Shown here: piece after piece, positions 50,320 to 61,238 of the stretch
How the letters are laid out: the number at the start of each line of letters is the position of its first letter
Position numbering within the stretch: position 1 is the stretch's first letter
Assembly (NCBI GenBank): GCA_037131125.1
Contig: JBAXRR010000001.1
Coordinates: forward strand, 7,345-71,344
DNA from: a bacterium
Lineage (GTDB): Bacteria; Patescibacteriota; Dojkabacteria; GCA-016699595; JBAXKR01
DNA: 64,000 bases
Direction of reading: 5' to 3'
Program-made: the position numbers and the translations under genes
The notes under the pieces: generated by a model
Told to the model about the DNA's origin: nothing
Database searches by the model: none
Seen by the model: the letters and a program-made list of their open reading frames with translations, nothing else

Positions 50320-50365
50320 ATTAATGTGTGGCGATTATCTCTTGCTCTGCTTGATAAATTGAAAT

Positions 50366-53300
50366 TTAGAAATTAAATATTCCTCTAATATTTTTGAGAA
50401 TTAAATCCAGTGCATTATCTTGTGTGTTAGCAGTAATTGTTACAATATCCTGACTTTTACTTATGTTAGAAGCTTTATCTTTTGAAACAGCTACAAGGTG
50501 ATAAATCTTTGCAATTTCAAGGTTTGAAATTATTACCACATGGTTAACATTTAAGTTTCCATCTTCTGGAGTTTTGTATTTATATATATCTGTATTACCA
50601 TCTCCATATTCTATTTGAGAAGTAGCTGGTTCATCAGTTTTCCAGCTTACAATTACTTGAGCAGTTTTGTTTCCACCAGTTGCGCTTGTATCCGATGGAT
50701 ATGTCTCTACTAACAAATCTGTAATTACAGGAGGTCTTGTATCTGATGCTGTTGTAAACTTAACAATATCTGATCTTGCTTCGTTTCCTACTTTATCTAG
50801 TCCTCTTACAACTAAGCTATAGCTAACATCGGGCATTAAACCAGTAAGTGTCATTTGGTGAGAACCAACTAGAAGATTTAAGTTAACGCTATCTCTGCTC
50901 TGCTCTATTTTTCCTTCTGGATAGTATGTGATCATTGAAGTAATCTCAGTATTTGAAGTCCAAGATATTAGTATAGATGTTTCTGCTGTATTCTTTATCT
51001 GTTGTAATTTTATGTCACTTACTTTTGGTTTTTGAAGTGTTTTAAGATCCAAAACAGTTCCTTCATATTCAGTATCTTCAATGTCATAAGGATTAATTCT
51101 GTAGTAGTACTTCATTCCATCTTCTAGTCCATCTAATACAACAGTGTATTTAGATTCATTAACACTAGTTGGTAACTCTTGAAGCGAACCAAATTGTGTA
51201 GATTTACCATAATATATTTTAACTTTACTTGCACCTTTTGTAGTGAATTGTATTTGTGCAGAATTTGTATTTACAAACTTAACTACTACATCTTTTATCT
51301 CAGGAGCTGGACTTGTTGTAAATGTTTGCTCGTTAGATTTTCCTGTATTTCCATCTTCATCTGTCCATTTTGCAATGTAGTAATATGTTGTTGAAGGTTG
51401 AAGATTTGTTAGAGGAATAACATGAGAAGTTGTTTGTGTAGATATAGAGGTTTCTGCTTCAAAGTATTTCCCGGATTCTAATCCGTAGGAGATCTTACTA
51501 TCTGAATTTCTAGCTGTTACCCAAGTTACTATTGCTCTCTTCGTTGTTATATCAGAAGTAACAGGATTAGATATTAATTCAGCTGGGGTAGTATATGATC
51601 CCTTTGGAGTAATATTCACACTTAATGCATAACTTGGATTGGCTCTAGATAAGTCTGTATTATCCATACTTCCAACTCTGTAGTAGTACTTCTTTGAAGA
51701 TGGAACAATATCCACGTAAGCAAGTCCACTTGTTTCAGTAACTTTTACCCAATTAATACCATCTTCGGATCTATTTACAACGTATGTTAGTATTCCTGTT
51801 CCTTTATACTCTGGAACTTCCCATGCAAGAGATGCTCTCCATAAGGATGCAGATTTAACAGATGCATCCGATACTGTTAAGTTCTTAACAGGATCTGGAA
51901 TATTTGAATTCAAAGTGAAAGATTTTGAAAGTGAATTACTTCCTGAATAGTTATTAAGATCATCTATTGCAACTACATATATTGTGTTTGTTCCTTTAAT
52001 AACTCCACCTAGAGCAGATGCAGGAATGCTAAGGTTCTCTGTTGGAATATATATACTTGAATTGTTAAGTATTGTATCTAGAGTTGTAGGAGGTGCAGTG
52101 TTTATCATGTAGTAGTATTTAGAAACAGTTCTACCTGAAGAAGCAACTGCTTCTGGCCAACTTACACTAAAGTTATTAATCTCAGATGTCAGAGGGGTTA
52201 TAGTTATACTTGAACCATCTGTAAATTTAGGTGCTTCTCCACCATACGACACACTTGCTGTTCTAGATATACTTGATCTATTACCAGCAACATCTAAAGC
52301 TCTAAAATATATTGTGTTACTTCCCATTTGTATTCTTGATGCATCGTTTGCAATTGTTAAGTAATATGGTTGTGAATGTCCTAATGGAATGTAATTTAAT
52401 CCTAGGACAGAACTTGTATCACTTCCTGTCCAGTTAGATTCTGAGTTAATTGAATACTGGTATCCAAGCAGTTGAGAGTTACTATCTGAAGCGACACCAT
52501 TACCGCTTGCTGGCCAATTGAAATATATGTCGTCAACATTAGCAAAAGAATTTTGTGGTGTTGAAAATGAATTTACATTAGTAGGAGGGATGTCATCATA
52601 CATGAATTCAAAAGTTTCTGAAGTTGGATATGTATTTCCTGTGTTGTCTATTGCTTTGATGTTTAAGTAGTATGGACTATTTGATGCAGATAACCATGTA
52701 TTACCTTTAAGAGCACTATTTGCAAAATCTATCTCGTTAGTTCCAACTATGAACTGACATGTGTAACCAACCGTACTTATAGGTGATGTTCCAAGTAATC
52801 CTTTTTGAGAGGCTGGATCATCTGACAATGTTTGGCTTAAAGATAGACAGTATCCCTTTATTCCAGATCCACCTACATTATCTGCTCCTAAGTCCCATCT
52901 AAAATATGGAGAAGGATCATTCGTCCAGTTAGTTTCAGAAATATCTCTACCAGTAGTAGTACTTTTCATTGCAGTATTCGCAGCGTTAGTAATTGGTGCA
53001 GTTGTATCTTGAACATAATGTATAGATAATCCAGATACAACAGGTGTAGTTACCTGTCCTGGACTATTTAGTGTTGCTCTTATTTGAATATATTTTTGAG
53101 CTTGAGAAGCAATTGCATAGTTTGGATAATTTCCAGTATTAGCAGAATATGAATTCCATGTATTACCATCTGGAGATGTTCTTACTTCATAACTAGTTGT
53201 ATTTCCATTTAGCGTTTCTGTAGTAACAAAGTTAGGAGTTAATCCCCACTGTGCATTTGAATTAAGATTTATGACTGGTGATTCCCATGTACCACTAGTT

Positions 53301-56300
53301 GTATATTTTTGTTGATTAGTACTTGCTTCTGTGTGTAAAACCAAACCCTGATTGTATAAATCGCTTATCTGATTTACTGTTAATGGCTGATTATATATTC
53401 TGAAATCACTTATTACTGAGTTGCTTAGTGAGCCACCATCTCTTCCAACATACATTGAAGTTGGTGTTCCTATTGGGGCAACATAGTTAGCAGTTGCTCC
53501 ACTTTGAACATTGTTGACATATATTTTCAAAGCTCCGTTTGTCCAAGTTGCTACAATGTGTTGCCATTGATTAGTTGAAATTGTAGGTGTTGCCCCATTG
53601 TATCCAGTACTTGCAACTACTCCTCCACTATATGCAAATGAGTAAATTCTTCTTGCAGGACTGCCATTGTCATAAAGAATATTGAAATAGTTTTGCCCAT
53701 CTATGACATATGAGAATATTCTTGAATAGTCATTTTGCCAACTTACGGGTTTAACCCATAAGGAAACACTGCCTGAAGTTTTATCTATATTTCCTACTGT
53801 TGAGTACTGTATATTACTTTCGTTCTTTGTTGTATTTGAATTGTTTGCAGTTCCTGTCCAGTTGTACCCTCCCGAAATAGGGAGTGAGCCATCTGCATAT
53901 GAGGTTGCGAAAGCTTTTCTTTCTAATTGAATACCATCTATATATACCAATTTTGTAGGTTTAACTTGTACTCCAAATGTTTGAGATGTTGTAACTCCAG
54001 TGAATGTTCCTGTAAGTCTCCACCATCCACCTCCCATGTCCGTATATGTTGATGTTAGTGGTTGTGAATTTGCAATAAGTGATAAATCTGTATTTGAAAT
54101 ACTTGCACCAGTTGTATATGCATATGCAGATAATGTATATGAAGTAGCAGTTAGAGTTAGAGGTGTAGTATATGTACTATCTAGTATACTTCCAGAGTTA
54201 TCTAGTTTTGCTGAAGCAGTTCCAAATTTAAAATATGGGCTTGTTGTATTTCTTGTTTTAGTTATTTGATCTGCTCCAAGAACTGTTACTCCATTTGCAC
54301 TAGATCCTGCAACAAGTGTAGGAAGTGTTCCTTGTCCTACTCCCCAAATAGCGATGGTATCATTGTTTAAAAGAGCTGGTGTTGTTGCCGAGGTATACGA
54401 AGCTATCATTGAATCTGAATCTGTATAGTCTCCTACTTTTCCATTTCTAATTACGCTAACTCCACCATTTGCTCCACTTGTTGCTATGTATATATATTTA
54501 TTATCACTACTTGTCCATACACCTTTTGTAATTGCACTTGTACCTGCAAGTTGTTGTGTAAATGAACTTTGTCTTGCAGCATTTCCTTTTGCATACATAT
54601 CTGCAACTTGAGTAGCAGTAACTGCGGTAACACCAATGAAAGGCTCATCTATTGTTCCTTGAAAATTACTTGTACCTGAAGTATTTGCTCCTATTATGAA
54701 TGGTTTGTTGTTGTCATTAGGGGCAGTTAAACTACCTGTTTTGTTTAAAGCACCATCTATGTATATATTTCCAGTAGTTCCGTTAGATGTGAACACATAT
54801 TGATGCCAATTTGTATCAGCAATTGTTGCAACACTAGTTAAAGAATTAATTCCACCATATATCCAGTTTATTGTATTGTCTGCATTAAAGTATGCACTAT
54901 ATCCTGTATTTGCTCCTCCAGATGTTCCTTTTGAAAACAGATTTTCAACAACTCCAGATCTTCCTCTTTTAGCCCAAAGTCCAACACTTAACTCTCCTGA
55001 ATATATTTGAAAATCTGTCTTTCTTACTTCAAAAGTATATGTTGTATCATTGTAGTTAAAACCAGATTCTATACTGGTCCAGTTTCTAACTGCTCCATTT
55101 CTTGTAGAAACAATATGTACTCCATCAATTTGAGTATCTGTTACTTCTTTTACGGATACTTCATCAAAATATGCAGTATCATTAAGATTAGAAGTTCCGG
55201 GTCCTAACCTAATATATGTAGTAGTTGCGTTTGCTACAAAATATCTTGTAAGAAGTGTCCAACTAGTACCACCGCTATATCCATAAGATATATTTTCATT
55301 TCCACCTTGAGAAGTTCCTGAATATATTGAATTGTTCCCGGTTCCGTTTTTTACATACATTGAAATTCTATACATCTTTCCAACTACTGTTGTAATGCTT
55401 TGATAAACATATCCATACGTACCACCTGATCCAATAGTTGTCTGTAATGCATTATTACTAAATCCTCCCGCAACACTTGCTCCTGTTCCTCCTGCAGCTG
55501 CTGTCCATCCTGTTGCATTAGTATCAAAAGTTCCATTTGTAATTAATTCACTCCCAACTGTTTCTCCAGATGAGTTATTTCCCATATATCCCCATGCAGC
55601 TTTTCCAGCACTATCTTTCATGGTGATAATAAATGGTGTGGCACTAGTATCATTTCCTTTGTATGAGGAAAGAATTGGAGAAGATAAAGGTTTAACAGAG
55701 ATATCATCAAATCTACAAGTTTTATTTAAGGATGAATTTGCTAAGGCAATAAAATGTGATCCGGTTAAGGTTGAAGTAAAGTAACCTGAAATATATGTCC
55801 AGCTTGTTGAACTAATTACAGGACTTGTATACATTGAGGAGTAATCCGTTTTTGTTACAGTTAGTGAGCAGATGGTCGAATCTATAGCTTTAATCCACCC
55901 AGTTACTTTATACACAGTTCCATAAGTGAGTGTTATGGCTTGACTTACTATCCAGCTATTTGTTCCTCCATATACTGCATCTATAGCTTTTGTTCCTGTA
56001 CCTCCTGGAGCCTGATCTGCTGCTGAAGTTACAGTACTTCCAGAACTTGCACTCCAAGTACTTGGTGGTGTTCCAGTTTCCATATTTCCATTTATAACTG
56101 TTTCACTTCCAAGTGTTTCCCCTGCTCTAATAAATGCCTGTCCATTTGCATAAGAAGCATTATTTGTTGCTGATCCCCAAGTTGCGCCAGTTTCTGTTAA
56201 ATATGTTTTTTCTTTTAAATAATCCCCTGTTCCATCAAACTTTAATCCACTTCCTCTAACAGCTCTTTCGTAATCAGCACTTTGAATTTCTGCACTTGCT

Positions 56301-59062
56301 CCACCTGATCCCCCCCATGGTCTTGTTGCATTCCCGACCGTTAATTCACTTTGAGTTGTTGTTCCATTGTAATTTGTGGAGGCACCACTTTGAATAACTG
56401 GGTTTATTCCTACCTCTCCATATAGTGGCCACATGCCTCTAATCTCCCCATACATTTCTTCAGTTATGAAATCTTTTCTATAAAACTTTACTGAACTTCT
56501 TGATTCATCCCCCTGTTTTTCTTGTATTACGGCTAAATTACCAGCATTCCCAGCTAAAGTTCTTTCTGATGCGACATATATTGTATTACTTGTCCCATCA
56601 ATTAAAGAAGTTCCTTCGTTTACAAAGAATTTATAGTTACCACTTTGTGAATCATATGGCTTTCCAAGTGATACAGATGTAGATGTTCCATATCCATAGT
56701 ATGGTCCCAGAGCAAAGTTATTAGTTTTGGATTGAATTGAATAAGTTCCATAAATTCCACCATTTGTTGGAGAATTATTAGGTGAAGGTAAGGCTAAGTA
56801 AAGTTCTCCTCTACTTGTTAACCAAACATAGTTAAATCTCATAACAGAAGCTGAATTTATTGCGGTTCCGTCAGTCTCATTAATTATTGTTGCACCTGCA
56901 TCAGTTCCGACTGCAACATATGTTTTCCCAGATATTACATTTGTATGAACTGCATAAACATAATTATTCATTATCTTAATATTTGTTCCTAAGTAGGAAG
57001 AAGAAAGTCCAGCGGCTCTTTGTGCAATTGTTCCTGAATATACCTGAGGAGAAGTACCATCATTCCAGTAATGAAGACCTGCTTCAGTTTTGAAGTTAAC
57101 GGAGAAAAGTCCACTATATGATGAAGATCCATTATCTCTTCCAATATATATTTCTCCATTTAATGCATATACCGAAGATATAATTGAAGCTGAATTTCCT
57201 CCAAGAAAACTTCCACCATTTGTTGAAAATCTCATCCACAACTTATTCTCAACTGCATCTATGACATCTAGATAACTAATACTTCCATTGTAACTAGCTA
57301 CTATGTATGACTTTTCAGGAAACTCTTGCTTTTTACCTCTAGTTGTTGAAAATGCTTCTGTATACCATGATTTAGATTGCGCGTTTGCATTATTTCTCCA
57401 TGCTCCACTATCCGAATCTTTTGTGGTGTCATAATAGAAAACATCTTTTATGTTATTTGCACCGATAAGTGTATTTCCATCTGCATCTGTTTGAGAAGAT
57501 GTGTAATTAAATGTATTTTTTCCATTCCAAGAAGTTGTAATGTCACTTTCAAAAGATGGATTAGGAATATAGTTAGTTGTACCTTCTTCAACAAGAATTC
57601 CTTGATGTGATGCATATGATTGTGATGGAACCTTTCCAATTTCCGTTGATGCAAAATCTATTCCAATAGTTCCACTTACATACTTAGCATTAGATATTGT
57701 TCCATTTAAACCATTTCCCGAGGCATCTAGTGCTTTCCCTGTGTTTCTTGGGTCATCCCCATTCTCATCAAAGTGATAAATAAGTTTTGTATTTGAATCT
57801 GCAATTATTATCTTTCCATTTCCAGAGTTGTATTGACCTAGTATTTCAGAATCTGAAAGTGCTCTATCATACATGACTACTTCATCCATTTGTCCTTTAA
57901 AAGGAACTGCACCGTCTGGCCTTCTTCCTAACATAAACTTAGAACCACTTGTTGGCAAGATATATGCAGTAGATATTGGAGTAGATGGGACAAGTACTCC
58001 ATTAATGTACATGTTTGCAGTTGTTCCACTAAATGTTCCAACTAGATGTATCCATTGATTCGTTTGTGAAAACGCATTATTCGCATATATTCTATATGCA
58101 GTTCCACCTCTAACAACTTGTACCATAAGTCTTCCACCACCAAGTAATATGTGAGCATTATTCTGGTTATCTACGAAATTACTTACAATTGTTTGATTAC
58201 TTATTGCATCTTGGAAATTAATCCACATTCCAACTGTAAAATCTCCTGACATATTAAGATTTGAACTTGATCCAGCATCTACGTAACTTGTTGATCCATT
58301 AAACGATAAAGCGCTCTTTGTTGAATATCTTAATGCTCCTGTTGCTACTGATGGGGTTTGAGCTGTTTCACAAGTTGTTGTTCCATTGAACGAACATACC
58401 ATAGTCGCTTGAGGTCCTCCCGGTATTGAATATCCATTTGTACCTTGAGCAGTTGCTCCTGAATTCCCATAATATAAAGCGTAGTTTGTTGTATCTGAAG
58501 ATCCTGAGGTTATATTTGCTTGAATTGGGAATGTAAGAATAGTTGCTTTTGAATCATTACAACCTGTAGATCCTAAATCTCTTTTAATGGTTATTGGTAA
58601 GTCTGTGTTGGATTGGTATATAACCCTTATGTCATTACAATTTGCAAGGACACTTTCAAGAGAAGAAGTATCTATGGTAATAGATACTGAACTTGTTGTA
58701 TTAAGTGTTGAACCAGAAGTATTTTTTATTGTTAGTTGTTTTTTGTAATTCCAATTCATACTAAACCAATTTGTGGATTTCCCAAGTGTAAGATTAGAAG
58801 CATTAGCAACTGTGTTTACAGATGTTCCAAGAGTGAAATTAGAATCTCCACCTTGAGCTATTGTGAAGTTTGTTTCATTTAGAGCCATAAGCTTAGGAAG
58901 TATTCCAGCTCCTCCAATTAATATACCAAGGCCTAATACAGAAACAGTAAAGACGTTAAGTTGCCACTTAATTAATGTGATTTTCTTAGTAAAGAAGAAT
59001 ATATATATCGAGTTTAAAACTCTTCTTGCTTTAATTCTAATTTTTGTAACTACATCATGCAT
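50366..59062 (-). CDS. giant surface protein (2898 aa), paralog B of the same family
   Basis: The first ~250 aa are about 70% identical to paralog A (FFTKKITLIKWQLNVF, NWNYKKQLTIKNTS, SVLANCNDIRVIYQ). The same LamG signature is present (LIYHFDENGDDPRNTGKALDASGNGLNGTISNAKYV). The central ~1000 aa are divergent. The C-terminal ~1200 aa are highly similar (YTDMGGGWWRLTG, FN3 cassette, ...LDLILKNIRGIFNF end). Confidence 0.7.
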   Translation of the reverse strand: MHDVVTKIRIKARRVLNSIYIFFFTKKITLIKWQLNVFTVSVLGLGILIGGAGILPKLMALNETNFTIAQGGDSNFTLGTSVNTVANASNLTLGKSTNWFSMNWNYKKQLTIKNTSGSTLNTTSSVSITIDTSSLESVLANCNDIRVIYQSNTDLPITIKRDLGSTGCNDSKATILTFPIQANITSGSSDTTNYALYYGNSGATAQGTNGYSIPGGPQATMVCSFNGTTTCETAQTPSVATGALRYSTKSALSFNGSTSYVDAGSSSNLNMSGDFTVGMWINFQDAISNQTIVSNFVDNQNNAHILLGGGRLMVQVVRGGTAYRIYANNAFSQTNQWIHLVGTFSGTTANMYINGVLVPSTPISTAYILPTSGSKFMLGRRPDGAVPFKGQMDEVVMYDRALSDSEILGQYNSGNGKIIIADSNTKLIYHFDENGDDPRNTGKALDASGNGLNGTISNAKYVSGTIGIDFASTEIGKVPSQSYASHQGILVEEGTTNYIPNPSFESDITTSWNGKNTFNYTSSQTDADGNTLIGANNIKDVFYYDTTKDSDSGAWRNNANAQSKSWYTEAFSTTRGKKQEFPEKSYIVASYNGSISYLDVIDAVENKLWMRFSTNGGSFLGGNSASIISSVYALNGEIYIGRDNGSSSYSGLFSVNFKTEAGLHYWNDGTSPQVYSGTIAQRAAGLSSSYLGTNIKIMNNYVYAVHTNVISGKTYVAVGTDAGATIINETDGTAINSASVMRFNYVWLTSRGELYLALPSPNNSPTNGGIYGTYSIQSKTNNFALGPYYGYGTSTSVSLGKPYDSQSGNYKFFVNEGTSLIDGTSNTIYVASERTLAGNAGNLAVIQEKQGDESRSSVKFYRKDFITEEMYGEIRGMWPLYGEVGINPVIQSGASTNYNGTTTQSELTVGNATRPWGGSGGASAEIQSADYERAVRGSGLKFDGTGDYLKEKTYLTETGATWGSATNNASYANGQAFIRAGETLGSETVINGNMETGTPPSTWSASSGSTVTSAADQAPGGTGTKAIDAVYGGTNSWIVSQAITLTYGTVYKVTGWIKAIDSTICSLTVTKTDYSSMYTSPVISSTSWTYISGYFTSTLTGSHFIALANSSLNKTCRFDDISVKPLSSPILSSYKGNDTSATPFIITMKDSAGKAAWGYMGNNSSGETVGSELITNGTFDTNATGWTAAAGGTGASVAGGFSNNALQTTIGSGGTYGYVYQSITTVVGKMYRISMYVKNGTGNNSIYSGTSQGGNENISYGYSGGTSWTLLTRYFVANATTTYIRLGPGTSNLNDTAYFDEVSVKEVTDTQIDGVHIVSTRNGAVRNWTSIESGFNYNDTTYTFEVRKTDFQIYSGELSVGLWAKRGRSGVVENLFSKGTSGGANTGYSAYFNADNTINWIYGGINSLTSVATIADTNWHQYVFTSNGTTGNIYIDGALNKTGSLTAPNDNNKPFIIGANTSGTSNFQGTIDEPFIGVTAVTATQVADMYAKGNAARQSSFTQQLAGTSAITKGVWTSSDNKYIYIATSGANGGVSVIRNGKVGDYTDSDSMIASYTSATTPALLNNDTIAIWGVGQGTLPTLVAGSSANGVTVLGADQITKTRNTTSPYFKFGTASAKLDNSGSILDSTYTTPLTLTATSYTLSAYAYTTGASISNTDLSLIANSQPLTSTYTDMGGGWWRLTGTFTGVTTSQTFGVQVKPTKLVYIDGIQLERKAFATSYADGSLPISGGYNWTGTANNSNTTKNESNIQYSTVGNIDKTSGSVSLWVKPVSWQNDYSRIFSYVIDGQNYFNILYDNGSPARRIYSFAYSGGVVASTGYNGATPTISTNQWQHIVATWTNGALKIYVNNVQSGATANYVAPIGTPTSMYVGRDGGSLSNSVISDFRIYNQPLTVNQISDLYNQGLVLHTEASTNQQKYTTSGTWESPVINLNSNAQWGLTPNFVTTETLNGNTTSYEVRTSPDGNTWNSYSANTGNYPNYAIASQAQKYIQIRATLNSPGQVTTPVVSGLSIHYVQDTTAPITNAANTAMKSTTTGRDISETNWTNDPSPYFRWDLGADNVGGSGIKGYCLSLSQTLSDDPASQKGLLGTSPISTVGYTCQFIVGTNEIDFANSALKGNTWLSASNSPYYLNIKAIDNTGNTYPTSETFEFMYDDIPPTNVNSFSTPQNSFANVDDIYFNWPASGNGVASDSNSQLLGYQYSINSESNWTGSDTSSVLGLNYIPLGHSQPYYLTIANDASRIQMGSNTIYFRALDVAGNRSSISRTASVSYGGEAPKFTDGSSITITPLTSEINNFSVSWPEAVASSGRTVSKYYYMINTAPPTTLDTILNNSSIYIPTENLSIPASALGGVIKGTNTIYVVAIDDLNNYSGSNSLSKSFTLNSNIPDPVKNLTVSDASVKSASLWRASLAWEVPEYKGTGILTYVVNRSEDGINWVKVTETSGLAYVDIVPSSKKYYYRVGSMDNTDLSRANPSYALSVNITPKGSYTTPAELISNPVTSDITTKRAIVTWVTARNSDSKISYGLESGKYFEAETSISTQTTSHVIPLTNLQPSTTYYYIAKWTDEDGNTGKSNEQTFTTSPAPEIKDVVVKFVNTNSAQIQFTTKGASKVKIYYGKSTQFGSLQELPTSVNESKYTVVLDGLEDGMKYYYRINPYDIEDTEYEGTVLDLKTLQKPKVSDIKLQQIKNTAETSILISWTSNTEITSMITYYPEGKIEQSRDSVNLNLLVGSHQMTLTGLMPDVSYSLVVRGLDKVGNEARSDIVKFTTASDTRPPVITDLLVETYPSDTSATGGNKTAQVIVSWKTDEPATSQIEYGDGNTDIYKYKTPEDGNLNVNHVVIISNLEIAKIYHLVAVSKDKASNISKSQDIVTITANTQDNALDLILKNIRGIFNF

Positions 59063-59109
59063 ATTCGCGTGTTTGTACTAATCGTAAATAGATACAAATA
59101 TACGAATAT

Positions 59110-59138
59110 AATATATAGAAAATGGGAGGTGATTACAA
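59110..59138 (-). promoter_or_regulatory. sigma70-like promoter of giant paralog B (TTGTAA-N17-TATATT)
   Basis: Minus strand reads TTGTAA tcacctcccattttcta TATATT, about 48 nt upstream of the ATG at 59062. It duplicates the paralog A promoter. Confidence 0.45.
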
Positions 59139-59166
59139 ACTTAAAAATATTAAATCTAGCAAGTGA

Positions 59167-61119
59167 TTACTCGTACTTCAGAGCAGATAGTGGAGATATT
59201 TTTGCAGCTCTTCTAGATGGATATATTCCTGTAAGAATTCCTACTAAAAGAGATATAACTGCAACGAATAAAACTAACTCTATTGGTATCCTTGTAAGTT
59301 CAAATGGATCTGATATTTGAACAATAGAAAGAACAGATAATATGAAACTTACTAATTTACCAAATAGGAATCCGAATAGAAGACCAGATAATCCTCCATA
59401 GAATCCAATAGAAAGAGATTCTATGAGGAATAAGTCTCTTATTTCTCTCTTACCCATACCCATAGTTTTAAGAAGTCCTACCTCTCTTGTTCTTTCAAGA
59501 AGCGAAACTGTAAGTGTATTAAACATACCAACAGCAGATACTAGAAGTGCCATTAATCCTAGTAACAGAAGAACTAATTTAACTGTTTGGAATACACTAT
59601 CTATTTGAGCAATAACATCTAGAACTGATGTTGTTGAGAAACCACTGGTTTCTATACTCTTTCTAAGTGTGTTAACAATTTCTTTTGAAGAAGCTATTAC
59701 TTTTAAGTTTGTATAACTATTAAGTCCAATAGGTTTGAGATCTGAAAGTGGTACATATATAGATGGTGATGGAAGTTCATCATTAATTACTGCAACAATT
59801 GTGTATGTGTCAGCAATTGTTGTTTGTTTCTGATTCTCTCCTGTATCTGTTCTTGTAAAGAATACAAAGGATACAGATATAGTTTTGTTTAATGCGCCAT
59901 TTTCTGGAATATTCATTATCTTTAAAAAGTCCTTGTTTACAACAGCTTTTTTAGTAGCTTTAATTGGAAGTTTAGATGCAGGAATCTCTTTTACTGTCTG
60001 ATCTGGCGTAGATAAATCTATTAAGTCTAATGTACCAAGAACACTAGGTGTATCCTCAACAGAAATTAAACTATTAGCTGGAATATATCCATCTTTAGAT
60101 ACTTGCTCACCCTTCTTATCTTTCTGAACAACAAATTTTTTGTCTATACAAGATTTAGAATTCGTTAAGCAATCTTTGTTAGTCCAGAGAACAAAGTTAG
60201 ATTTGACCCATCTTTCAATACTATCTCCATTTAATGCCTTAGATGGTATTTCAGAATCTTTCTTATCTGAATACTTACTTCCCCAAAGAGATGTTCCACT
60301 TTGAGTATCTGTTACTCTTTTTGTAAAACCAATAACTTCAGAAGTTGTGTCCGGAGATCCGTATACTTTAATCCATTTTTGAGGAAGGAGTGAAAATGAA
60401 ATTTCATTAACTTTATTTGGATCAATATTCTTACTCTGGTCGTCTTGCACACCTTTAACATTTGAAGATGGATTAACTGCTTCGTTTTCTTCAAATATTT
60501 TTCCTTCTGTAATTTTAGAAGACAAAATATTTAAGTATGCAGATGTTACTGCATATGTTGGAACATCTGTTATAGAGTTATTGTTATTAACTTTAGATAC
60601 AACACTTGCAATTGGAAATACATTTTCTACTCCACTTATTGCTTTAACATTTTGTACTGAATTGTCATTCAGGGGGATCTTATCTCCCCTTCTTGGATAT
60701 ACATCTACTTGTTTCATTTCATCTAAGTTAGCAATTCTTTTGGTAATAGAATCTTGTACTCCATAACCAACCGAAAGAAGGAATACAACTGAACCTATAC
60801 CTATCATGAGGCCAAAAATCGTTATATATACCCTAGATTTTTTTGAGATTGTGTTTTTTGATGCAATTTCAAGTAATTCAAGTTTTGGAATATTTTTTCC
60901 TGTATTGGAATCAATCTTTAATGCAAATACAGAATATATTTTATATATTCCATCTGAAATACGTTGAATAAAGTTTAGTTTGGTAATTTTTGAAAGTTCT
61001 GTGAATAAATAGCAGATTACTTTTGTAATGACAAAGGTAACAAAGAGGATGTTAATAAGTGCAACGTTAGCGATGTAATCCAATAAACGATAAGGTATTA
61101 AAACAATCTTTTTAAACAT
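59167..61119 (-). CDS. MacB/FtsX-type ABC transporter permease with a large extracytoplasmic domain
   Basis: The N-terminal TM (FGLMIGIGSVVFLLSVGYG) precedes a ~400-aa extracytoplasmic region. The C-terminal FtsX domain has three TM helices (TREVGLLKTMGMGKREIRDLFLIESLSIGFYGG). 650 aa. Confidence 0.75.
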   Translation of the reverse strand: MFKKIVLIPYRLLDYIANVALINILFVTFVITKVICYLFTELSKITKLNFIQRISDGIYKIYSVFALKIDSNTGKNIPKLELLEIASKNTISKKSRVYITIFGLMIGIGSVVFLLSVGYGVQDSITKRIANLDEMKQVDVYPRRGDKIPLNDNSVQNVKAISGVENVFPIASVVSKVNNNNSITDVPTYAVTSAYLNILSSKITEGKIFEENEAVNPSSNVKGVQDDQSKNIDPNKVNEISFSLLPQKWIKVYGSPDTTSEVIGFTKRVTDTQSGTSLWGSKYSDKKDSEIPSKALNGDSIERWVKSNFVLWTNKDCLTNSKSCIDKKFVVQKDKKGEQVSKDGYIPANSLISVEDTPSVLGTLDLIDLSTPDQTVKEIPASKLPIKATKKAVVNKDFLKIMNIPENGALNKTISVSFVFFTRTDTGENQKQTTIADTYTIVAVINDELPSPSIYVPLSDLKPIGLNSYTNLKVIASSKEIVNTLRKSIETSGFSTTSVLDVIAQIDSVFQTVKLVLLLLGLMALLVSAVGMFNTLTVSLLERTREVGLLKTMGMGKREIRDLFLIESLSIGFYGGLSGLLFGFLFGKLVSFILSVLSIVQISDPFELTRIPIELVLFVAVISLLVGILTGIYPSRRAAKISPLSALKYE

Positions 61120-61238
61120 TCCTATTCCTGCTTTACGTATGTAAATATGTGAGTTAAGTTTTTAAACTTTCACTAATACAATTTACTATTTTTTAAGAAA
61201 GATTGGAAATATATTCGAGGATACCGTCCTTATTATTC

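Noticed and set aside
42214-58058. Numerous 60-127 aa + strand ORFs inside the giant genes (for example 45395-45604, 54000-54269, 57377-57610)
   Set aside because: All are embedded antisense in two uninterrupted ORFs of more than 8 kb. They are short and compositionally odd, which is typical of shadow ORFs opposite Thr/Ser/Gly-rich coding sequence.
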